Assembly (NCBI RefSeq): GCF_006345805.1
Contig: NC_043005.1
Location: forward strand, 90,396,001-90,460,000
Source of the DNA: Octopus sinensis
Lineage: Eukaryota
Reading direction: 5' to 3'
DNA length: 64,000 nucleotides
Position numbers and translations under genes: made by a program. Each line of letters begins with the position of its first letter. The first letter of the stretch is position 1. A model generated the notes under the pieces. It was not told the DNA's origin. It made no database searches and worked only from the letters and a program-made list of their open reading frames with translations. Shown piece by piece: positions 43,301-55,168 of the stretch.

Positions 43301-43773
43301 CTCTCATACACACACACACACACTTATACATACTAATACGTACTCATACATATGCACGTCCAGACCAATCCTACGCACTAATACTCTCTCATAAACACAC
43401 ACACACCCTTATACATACTAATACATACACCAACCCTATACATACACACGTCCAGACCCCTCCTACGCACTATTAGCTGGTCCTTCAACCCTATTATCAA
43501 CCGTATTATCAACCCTATTATCTCCCCTTATTTCGCTCTCGCGTCTCATGTTTGATCTTTGACCTCTGGCCAAAATCAGATCGCCATGTTGATTCGTTAG
43601 CTACTCCTTCTTTCTGTGTTTTTTTTTTCTCTCTGTGTATCTTTCTGTTGAAGAGCGTAGGCTCGAAACGTTAAAGACTTGTTTTATTTATATTTCCTGA
43701 GCGCCATACTAATACAATTGTTCGTTTGTTTTCCACCTGCCTTCGTCTTTTGTCTATTTTCATAAAGCTTCCC

Positions 43774-43837
<64 letters not shown>

Positions 43838-46800
43838 AGTGTGTATAAAACTTAAGCAGAAAATGGAGAAAATGTTTGATCAACAAACAATTTGACTACC
43901 ATTGATTATTATTTTTCTTAATACAAAACTTTAACATTGCTAACAGCCATTTCTGCTACCAATGTCAGTTGGCGCTGTTTAGGAAAATTATGAGTATAAT
44001 ATTCGTCATATTTTATAGTACATCTGATCTGGTAAATGGAGCTTTATCAGAGCGAAGACAAATGCATAAAATAAAAGAGAAGTGGAAAAGAGAAGATTGG
44101 AGTCTGATGCAGCCATCTGGTTCACCAGTCCTCAGTCAAACTGTCCAACACATGCTAGCATGGAAAGCAGACGTTAAACGATGATGATGATGATTATATA
44201 TATATATATATATATATACATACATACACACACACACACACCTGTATATATATAAATGACATATAAATATATGTCATTTAATGTCTAGTGTCTCCAAGCC
44301 GGCTTTAATCTGAAATTTGCCTGGAGACACTAGGTGTGTTTTATAAAAACCTTCCTAAACCACGTCTCCAATGCATGAAACTTGTAGTAGCTCATAACTT
44401 TAAACTGTGCACATTAAAAAATATTTATCCCCCTTTGGATGGAATAATTTTTCTTTTGATCTAACCTTAACGGAGAAGTAAACTATACACACACACACAC
44501 ATGCACTTACCTACATGCAAACATACATTTATATAGAGTTGGCTTCTTTCACTTTCCATCTACCAAATCTAGTCACAAGGATTTGATTGACCTTGGGCTA
44601 TAGTTGAAAGCACTTACTCAAGGTGCCTATCCATACCTGTACATGAATGTGTGTATGTGAGTGAATGTGTGTGCATATACATATATGCACACACATACAC
44701 ATGCATATTTATATATACACTGATGCATGTGCATACATATACATATAGGTGCAGGAGTGGCTGTGTGGTAAGTATATGTATGTGTGTGTAATGTATGTGT
44801 GTGTAATGTTTATTGCTCAATCCATTTTCCTTTATTCATATTTTTGTATAAACTCTATAAATATTCACAGATTTCCTGGTGTATATTTGGTGATATGATT
44901 GGTCATCTTTCTGTGTAATAGCATTTGTTGACCAATACCTGTTGGTGAGCTACCACAAGGTTTATACACAAATTTAATTGACATAATATACATATTTTAT
45001 ATATTTTAATTCATTCTTTTTCATTATTTAAAATTTTAAAAATTACTTTTTCAGGTGCTAATAATAGACGAAACTAATCATATCGTACAACGTTTGCAGT
45101 CAGAATCGAAAGAGGTGAGTTCCTTTCTGTTTTTTTTGTTTCCCCAAATATTAATGTTAATACAAAGTAGCCGCTGTGGTGACATTCTGTGTGGACATTT
45201 ACTTTGCTAGAAACAGCAACCAGGGAACAGGTAGTAAATGGATAGAATCATTAGTGTCAAATAGAATACTTCACAGTATTTATTCCATCTCTCTGCACTC
45301 TGAGATCAAATGCTGTTGAGGGCAGCTTTACTTTTTATCCTTTTGTGGTCAATAAAAAGGGACCAATCTCAGATTGGTGGATTGACAGAACTGTAAGAAT
45401 GTTAGACCAAGATTCCTTGTGGTATTTGTCCTGGTTCCTTACATTCTGAGTTCAAATCCTACTGTGGCTTACTTGGGTGGTACACTTCACCCATCATCCA
45501 GTTAAATACCACCCAATGGCATCTTGGGTGCCTTTAGCAGAATCCACTTCCCTAAAAGCATTTTGGCCAAGTCTTCAGCTTAAAGATACTTTCCTCTCTC
45601 CCTCCAACCAGTCTTCAACACCTTTTAAGAAGTCAGAGGCACTGCCTTCTTTCCTCATTAAAAGATAAAAATAAACTTTGCCCTTACTAAGTGCAGGTGT
45701 GGCTGTGTGGTCAGAAGTTTGCTTTCTAACTGCAAGGTTCTGGGTTCAGTCACATGACATGGCATGGCACCTTGGGTAAGTATCTTCTATGATAGCCCTA
45801 GGCCAACCAAAGCCATCATGTGAGTGATTTTGCGAGATGGAAAACTGAAAGAAGTTTGTCATACGTATGTATGTATATGAAGGTGCATGGCTCAGTGGTT
45901 ACAGCGTTGAGCTTATGACAGTGAGGTTGTGAGTTTGAATCCCGAACCAGGCCGCATGTTGTGTTCTTGAGCAAGATACTTTATTACATGTTGCTCCAGT
46001 TCACTCAGCTGTAGAAATGAATTGCGACATTACAGGTGCCAAGCTGTATCGGCCCCTTTGCCTTTCCCTTGGATAACATCGGTGGCGTGGAGAGGGGAGG
46101 CCGATATGTATGGGTGACTGCTGGTCTTCCATAAACAACTTTGCCCGGACTTGTGCCTAGGAGGGGAAACTTTCTAGGTGCAATCACATGGTCAGTCATG
46201 ACCAAAGGGGGTCTCAGCATGTATGTATGTATGTACATATGTATGTATGTCATATGTATATACATATATATATATATACATATATATATATGTATGTATG
46301 TATATATGTATCTGTGTGTGTGTGTGTATGTATGTATGCATGTATATATGTATCTATGTGTGTGTGTGTCTTTGTAATTGTTTTTGTCCTTCACCACCAC
46401 TTGACAACTAATGTTGGTTGGTTTACATCCCCTGTAACTTAGTGGTTTGACAAAAAGTGATTGATAGAATGTGTACCAACCTTAAATAGTCCAATGCATA
46501 CAATGCTTAGAAAGAAAACGATGAGATGGTCATTGCTGGATTGTCTTTGATCATACATCTGCTGATTCAGAGCTAAACAGCAACAACAACACCAAGCATC
46601 TATGCCCAAAGACAACTTTGAATGTTGCTCTGCCCTAGTGTTACCCAACCTGGCATGCTAAATTCCTTACCAGGAAGTTCTGGGAATTCAAATGGAATTT
46701 CACTTACCTAGGTTGGTTCTGATGCCACGCAAAATACATCTAGTGCTGCTGCTGCTTGTTTGTTTGTTTGCTTGTTGAGCGAAGCAGTCTTCGTCCCAGA

Positions 46801-48592
46801 GCAGTGGGAGAAGTCCGAAACGTGGTCCTTTGCTATTCGTAAAACCTGCAGAAGAGAAAGCAGGTCAACCCCCGACACCGAGAGCATTGACGGATGGATG
46901 AATGCGCATCCAGGCTCAGCAGTTGTGTAGGAAGTCGGGAACAAGAAACAGGAAGAAAGAGTGAAAGAAAGTTGGGGCGAAAGAGTAAAACGGGTCATCA
47001 CCACCCCCTGCCGGAGCCTCGTTGAGCTTTAGGTGTTTTCGCTCAATAAACACATACAACGCTTGGTCTGGGAATCGAAACCGCGATCCTCTGACCGCGA
47101 GTCCGCTGCCCTAACCATTGGGCCATTGCGCCTCCTGCTGCTGCTGCTGCCTTGTAAAAAGCACTGGTGATGGTGTCACATAAATTGCTGTGGTGCCATG
47201 CAAAAGGCACTGGTGTTGCTGCCATTTGAAAAGGTGTTAGGAAGGGCTTCCAGCAGGAGAAACCAAACCAAAACAGTCTATGGAACCTAGTGTGGCCCCT
47301 GGCCTTGCCAGGTCTTGTCAGGCCATGACAGCATGGAAGATGGACATTAGATGGTGATAGTGATGATGATTATGATATGAAAGATTTAAAAAGTCTCCGT
47401 GTTATCAAAAGAACTGTTGTATTAACAGAGCATTTGACAACTCTGGTCAAGCCAACAAGGAACTGTCACTGGAATAAGTGTTCCAGTTGATCCAACCAAC
47501 AGAACGTCTTGCTCATAAAATTAACATGCAAGTGGTTGAGTACTCCACCGACATATACACATTTAATGTAGTTCTCATGGAAATTCAATGTCACACAGAT
47601 TGTGACAAGGCTGGCCCTTTGAAATACAAGTTTAACTCATTTTTGCCAGCTGAGTGGATTGGAAGAAAGTGAAATAAAGTGTCTTGCTCAAGGACACAAT
47701 GTACTGTCGGGTATTGAACTCATGACCTTACAATTGTAAGCCAAATGCCTTAACCACTAAGCCACATGCCTTCACTAGGATACTCAAATAGCAACTAAAT
47801 GCCCTTCAAATTAATGCTGTTTTCTTCAAAAAGAAGGATGAGCAAGAAAACAAGGTATTTGGTTAAGGGGTCTGGAGAGAAAAAAAATACAGGAGGTTGT
47901 ATATACCAGACTTTTATAATGAAACTGTTATGAAATGGTGTATAAGAAACTGTTGTAATTCAACTTTTTGTTTGTTGCCAGATTGGGTCATATTTTGGAA
48001 TGAAACTGTGTGTAGCAGACGTCAACAAAGATGGGCTGGATGATTTGCTAGTCGGAGCCCCCATGGAACCAGGACAATTGAGAGAAGAAGGACAAGTTAT
48101 TGTTTATCTCAGTGATGGCAAGGTTTGTAATTGTTTGTCTCTTTTGTTTAATGATGCGGTTCTCATTGTATGGCCAGTGATAATCATCCATGGTCTGACG
48201 TGGTCAGTCTGATTTTTAGGACTGGTTATTGTATGGTATATGGGTAAAAAGCATAATTCCCCTACCTTGCAGACCCTCGTAACATCATTCCTTTCTAGCC
48301 AGGATACATGTGTAGGGGCCCTACCCACCAAACCTTATTTAACAGCAAATTCCCTCATGTGGCCACCATGTCCATCCTGAAAGAAGCCCCCCCCCCCAAG
48401 TCAAAAGAAGACTATGCTTGTTATCCTTTCACTCACATGACCTCTCTTGCTCCTCTCCTTCCAGTAAGTCCCCTTGGCCATTTGTGTGATGTCACTGACC
48501 CTATACTTCCATCCCATCTCAACCCCACATATTGGTTATTGATATACACACACATTTACATACATACACCTATGTACACACACACACATGTT

Positions 48593-48623
<31 letters not shown>

Positions 48624-51600
48624 ATATATATATATATATATGTATGTATATATACACGATGATGTATATATATATATATATCATCATCATCATCGTTTAA
48701 CGTCCGCTTTCCATGCTAGCATGGGTTGGACGATTTGAGTGAGGACTGGCAAACTAGATGGCTGCATCAGGCTCCAATCTTGATTTGGCAGAGTTTCTAC
48801 AGCTGGATGCCCTTCCTAATGCCAACCACTCCGAGAGTGTAGTGGGTGCTTTTACATGCCACCGGCTCAAGGGCCAGTCAGGCAGTACTGGCAACAGTCA
48901 CGGAAAAATCATGTTTTTTTTTTTTACGTGACATCTGCACACCGGCACAAGTGCCAATAAAGCAACGCTGGTAACGATCACGCTCGAATGGTGCTTTTTA
49001 TGTGCCACCAGCACAAATGCCAGTTATCCACTCTGGCAATGATCATATATCTATATATACATATATATACATGTGATTACACACACATACCTAGTCTTTT
49101 ATTGTATTCCCAGAAGAATTTCATGATTTACTTACTTGAAGGATTATTCCTTTGGTATTTCAGAAACTGCAGAAGAAACTCGTACTGTTTGGTGATAAAG
49201 AAGAAGGCGCTCGCTTTGGTAGCACCATGACCCTTATTGGTGACATTGACCAAGATGGTTTCATTGGTAAGCAATACATTCTGTTTGGAGATTTTACCTT
49301 TTTAAATCCTGTTGTATGAGTTGTGTTGTTTCTGTTTCCTTATTTCTTTCTTTTTAATGGCTTAGTCAGAAGAAGAATGGTAGGGATTATGGCACCTTTT
49401 TGAGTTTGCAGGACTGATAAGAGGAAGGTATCCACTGACTGGGGACTGGATCTGAATGCTTGCAAAAACGTGCACTTTACTAAAGGCATGCATTGGCCAG
49501 ATTGTGATTGTAACCTTTTAGCATTCAGATTTCCCTGTCAAGTGTAGAGCTTATTCATTCACATCGTTTTGAATTAATTATCTCATAGCTTTGAGATTTT
49601 GATGATGTGAATGTTTATGTTTAGAATGACATTGTAGCGTAGGTGTGAGAGGCCAAATCCAGTCATTTTGAATGCAAAACTGGTAGAATACTTGGACCGG
49701 ATATGGTTGGCTTAAACGCCAAAGGGTTAAACTGGACAATGTCTTAACTGTAAAAAAGGAAAGGTAAGCCCTGGACATTGTTTTCTCAAGTCTTAGAACT
49801 CATGGGGCAGGTTACCTGGTCCCCATGGCATTTAAGGGACTGAGATCCCCCACCCCCACTGAATGGGATGCCAGTCCATTGCAGCTAAGTGGCTTCAAAC
49901 AATGTAAAATCTAATGTTTTGCTCAAGAACACCACTCCCTACCCAGTCCAGGAATTGAAACCATGATCTTGTAATCGCCAGTGTAACATCCTAACTACTA
50001 AGTCACCTGTTGTCATGTAGTAAATGTGCCACCCTAAATCATGTGCAGATGTTCTGATGGGCTTCCTCCTGGTTTCTGTCTATGAAATCTCACTAACAAG
50101 GCTTTGGTCACCTCCAAGGCTGTCTTGGTAGGAAGACCCTTTCACAAGGTTCCATGCAGTGGCATTGAAATCAGTCAAAATCTTGTTGATGCAAAAACGA
50201 ACTTTTTAACCTAACATGTGTGGGTCCATATGTGGGGAGGGATCTTGGGATTTCTACAAGTGAGGAAGAAGAACCCCTGGTGTGGAGGTGGTGGGAAATT
50301 GGGGATTTCTTTACAAATGGGCATTATTGAGTTAAAAGTTGTCGTCATTGTGATAAACATGAATATTAATGACAAATTCTTCAAGAGAATTCTCTCTCTC
50401 TCTCTTCCATGCTTTCTTCCATCTCTTTCAACTATCTCATCTTTCATCTCTCTCTCTTTCTCTCATCTTTCATCTCTTTCTCTCTCTCCTCTCATTTTTC
50501 ATATCTCTCCCTCATCTTTCATCTCTTTCTCCCTAATCTTTCATCTCTCTCTTCCTCATCTTTCATTTTTCTCTCTCCCTCTCTCACTCATTTTTCATCT
50601 TTCTCTCTCTCTCTCATTTTTCATCTTTCTCTCTCTCTCCCATCTTTCATTTTTCTCTCTCACTCACCTTTCATCTCTCTCTCCCTCATCTTTCATCTCT
50701 CTTTCTCTTTTCCCCAGATATTGCCATTGGTGCCCCTTATGAAAATAACCAAGAAGGAGCTATTTATATCTACAATACAAATAAAGAGGGACTGCCTTCT
50801 ACATACTCCCAGAAAATAACTGGTAAAGATGCTGCTATGGGAAAAGACATGAAGGGATTTGGAATCTCAATTTCCGATTCTGTTGATGTAAATAACGACA
50901 GTTGTCCTGGTATGAAACATCTCTCTTTCATTTCGTTTTTATGTGTGACAGCAATTTTATTTTAATTACCAATTATCAAAATACGGCTTTTCAGTTGCTA
51001 CACCCTGTTGCATGCCATTACACTAAGTATACACAGCCATTTTGAACAATTCTCACTGTTATTCTTGTTGAGTCCCAGCTAAGCTCTGACTAAAAACATG
51101 TCTGTAATCAAAGGCCTCCCAGCCATGGTCATCTTATCTTTCTTCCTTACATAGTGTATCTATAATTAAATTGTTTAATGCAGTGTTTCCCCCTTTTTTT
51201 CTTCCAGGCCCCATTGTAACTTTCCAGAAAAATGTGTACCCCACTTGTGGTTGGAAAAAAAACAACTTTATTTTTAATATTATATACTTTCCTTAACCCT
51301 TTCGTTACCAACTCGGCTGAAACCACCTCTGGCTCTGAGTACAAATGTCTTGTTTTCATAAGTTCTGAATTAAAACCTTTCCACCAAACCTTAGTCACAA
51401 TTTATGTTCCTAACACCAGCTGAATGATAACTAAGTTATTTTACTAAATTCTTTGTTATATTTAAAGTAATTGAAAGAAACATAGAGCATCTCAAAATAA
51501 ATGCAGTAACAAAAGGGTTAAAGAAATATTCACACTAGGACATTAGAATAGCTTTATACTGTATCAAACAGTCTCCACACAGTATGCTTGGCTGGAGGGA

Positions 51601-54600
51601 TTGGTTTGGTTACACTCAGTGTAGGTGTTATATGTTTACTGTGAAAAAAAGATTTTCATAATTCTATGTCCTATTAAAAAAAAGAAAAGAATTTTTGGAT
51701 CCCAGGCCCCACCAGTGGGGTATATGCCTCATATCAGGAATCACTGATTTAATGTAGCTCTCCTATGCCAAAATAGTAGAATGTCATTTGAGGGAGATTT
51801 GGCTGCTGTTTCTAGCAGACTCAGTAATTACATAACTGCTCCTTTGTTGGTTCATCACTGGTTTATAGCAGTTTTCAGCGGTTTGAATGCTGAAAGATTT
51901 TTTTAAACCCTTTTGATACCAACCCACCTGACACCAACCTTGGTTCTATAATACAAAATCCCTGTTTTAAAGGGATCTAAATTAAACACTTCCACCAAAA
52001 TTTCAGGAGAATTTATGTTCTAAACTCCAGCTTAATAATGGTAAAGCTATTTTACTAAATTCTTCATTTGTTTTTTCTAAATTAATTCAGCCAGAAACAG
52101 TGTTATTTCATCAGAAATATGGCAACATATGAGTTCAGCAGACTTGTATCCAGAGGCGTCCCAGCCATGACATCTAGCAATTTTTTATATTATTTTTGAT
52201 CGATGCCAGACCGTCTGACTGGCTCCCATGCTGGTGGCACTCAAAAAGCACCATCCATACATAGCCAATGCCAGTGCCCCCTGACTGGCTCCCATGCTGG
52301 TGGCACGTGAAAAGCACCATCTGAACATGGCTGATGCCAGTACCCACTGACTGGCCCCAATGCCAGTGGTACATAAAAAGCACCGCCTGAACATGATCGA
52401 TGCCAGAACCCCCTGACTGGCTCCTGTGTCAGTGGTACATAAAAAGCACCATCCAAACATGACCAATGCCAGTACCCACTGACTGGCTCCTGTGCTGGTG
52501 GCACATTAAAAGCACTATCTGAATGTGGCTGATGCCAGTACCTCCTGACTGCCCCCCCCCCGCCTCCGTGCTGGTGGCACGTAAAAAGCACCATCCAAAC
52601 ATGATCAATGCCCAGCCTGTTTGACTGGCTGCTGTGCTGGTAGCATATAAAAAGTACCCACTACACTGTTAGAGTGGTTGGCATTAGGAAGGGCATCAAG
52701 CTGTAGAAACATTGCCTGATCAGATTGGAGCCTGGTGCAGCCGCTGGCCCTCCAGACCACAATCAAACTATCCAACCCATGCCAGCATGGAAAACAGGCG
52801 TTAAACAATGATGATGATTATAGTCACAAATAGTTTAATAAAATTTATAATTTTTTTCTTCTAATTTTTCAGATTTTCTTGTTGGTGCTTATTTGTCAAA
52901 TCAAGTCAGACTTTTATTTTCTCGTCCTGTGCTTGATTTAAACCTGGAATTATTACCTGAATCACAGAAAATTAATTTTGCAGAGTATAACTGTCCAAAT
53001 CATGGCAACAAAGCTGTGTGTTTCAAAGTGAAATTAAAGTTTAGTTATGTACAAAATAATCAAATTCCTCCTAAAATAGGTAAGGTCAAAATTTGTCTTC
53101 TCTTTTTTTTTTTTGTATTTGTGTGTGTGTATGTGTGTGTAATAAGAAGCTTGCTTCCCATGGTTCTGGGTTCAGTCCCTCTGCATGGCACCTTGAGTAA
53201 GTCTCTTTTATTATAGCCCTTGGCTGACCAATACCCTGTGAGTAAATTTGGTAGACGGAAACTGTGAAGAAGCTAACTGTATACTCCCACACACATACAC
53301 ATATATATGTATGTGTGTGTGTGTGTTTGTCCCCCCCACCTCACCACTTGACAACTGGTGTTGGTTTGTTTGCATCCCTATTACTTAGTGATTCAGCAAA
53401 ACAGAACGATAGGATAAATACCAGACTTAAAAATAAGTACTGGGATTGATTTATTCATCTAAACCTTTCAAGGCAGTGCTCCAGCTTGGCTGCAGTCTAA
53501 TAACTAAAACAAGTAAAAAATAAAAGATAAAAAATATATAAAGATTGTTGTTGTTGTTGTTAGGTCCCAGGCCAACCATGACCTACCAAATCTACAGTCA
53601 AAAACATTCAAACTGTGACCATTTCAACTTATTTATCCAGAACCACATTATCTCATTGTGTCTTTCCTTTTTTAAGATGGTAGGGCATGACTTGATAAAA
53701 TTTGGCTGTTATTTCTAGCAGATTGAGCAGCTGTGAAGTGGGCCCCTTTTTGGTTGGATCAATAAAGATTGAGATCTGGAATCTGAATGTTGCTCCACTC
53801 CACTCAGCTGTAAATGCGTGACCCTGTGACAGACGGGCATCTGGTGCAGGGGGACTATTGGGATCTCATGTTACATAAGTCACAGTTGATTGAATCTATA
53901 ATGTATCAATCTACTGACTGGGGTGGAGGTGGAGGCTTACAGCTTCTGTCTCTCACATATGTAATGTTTAAGTGAAGTCCTGTTGGCTTGATCACTTCCT
54001 ATTGCTTCTAACAAGTAAGTTAGTCCATATTACTCCTTAAGGAGCATAGGGCCATGACTATTTCATGCCAGTGAATGCAATCTTGGGCTACTTCTTGGAT
54101 TTCCAATCAAGAGAGACTGACTGTTTCCGCCTCATCTTCCATGCATCCTTTCCAAGCCTTCTTAGCTCCTCCAGGAACCTTCCTCTTTCCTTCTGGTTGC
54201 CAGTCTAACTCTTGTCTTGTAATGCTGCTTGGAAGTCTCCTTAGAGTGTGACCAATCTAGTCCCATTTCCTCTTCAGAATTTCTTGATCGATGGGGGTTT
54301 GGTTTGTTCTGTTCCATGCGGTTAAGAGACTTGTGAGGTTCTATGACCCAGAGAGCAATGCTGATGAGAGCTTAGCCTCTTGTCAGGGTCACTCATATCA
54401 GACTGACCAAGGGATAGAATCCAGACAATGCACAATCCACCTCTCCATGAGCCTAAAGACGATGCCTTGAGTCTAACAACTTCAATTGGAAAGCCAAAAG
54501 GTTATGGAAACCACAATGAATTCCAACCATTTCAATTCCCCCAGTTTCTTCTAATAGGTCCCATGGGGGAATATTTGGTTATAACTATTATAACCTCTTC

Positions 54601-55115
54601 AACTACATAGCTGTACATAGATCATCATCATTTCCTGGACATAATTGTCTTGAGTCCTAGAACTCATGGGGCAGGTTATCTGGTTTCCATGGCACACAAG
54701 TGACTGAGATGCCAGTCTGTCATAGGGTCACACATTTATAGCCGAGTGGACTGGAGCAACATGACATGAAGTGTTTTTGCTCAAATGCACGACACACTGC
54801 CTAGTCTGGCAACTGAAACCACAATCTTGCAAGTGTGAGTCCAACACCCTAACCACTAGGCTGTGCGCCTTCACAAATGCCATATAGTAAAATTTAGCCA
54901 ACCACAATGAAAATGACCCAGCCTTTTTAACAAGCTGTTATCAGGCGCAGGAGTGGCTGAGTGGTAAGTAGCTTGCTTACCAACCACATGGCTCTGGGTT
55001 CAGTCCCACTGCGTGGCACTTTGGGCAAGTGTCTTCTACTATAGCCTCAGACCAACCAAAGCCTTGTGAGTGGATTTGGTAGATGGAAACTGAAAGACGC
55101 CCATCGTATATATAT

Positions 55116-55168
<53 letters not shown>

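Larger units (their letters stand above)
40462..43778 (+). mobile_element. Penelope-like retroelement (GIY-YIG class, Neptune-like linker), 5'-truncated, with a 3' pLTR carrying a hammerhead-like motif
   Basis: RT motifs (PADKG, MDIQSLYT, GVAMGTRMGPNYANLF, RYIDD), CSRPRCRTC linker, IYC..C..LYIGQT..RFAEH..REQELI..GLN endonuclease. Left edge abuts the head of a minus-strand SINE (..ctcctgcgcct); right edge runs into (TA)n. Confidence 0.93.

Noticed and set aside
46795-46832. GAAACGT palindrome as hammerhead stem III
   Set aside because: No core upstream, and position 17 would be G.
52201-52660. CRISPR-like repeat-spacer appearance of the 66-bp array
   Set aside because: The 'spacers' are homologous to each other, the array is part of an RTE 3' UTR, the host is eukaryotic and there are no cas genes.
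54361-54395. CTGATGAG as a further hammerhead core (also CTGAAGA at 8202 and 18783, CTGACGA in family D)
   Set aside because: No stem II followed by GAAA and no closing stem I.
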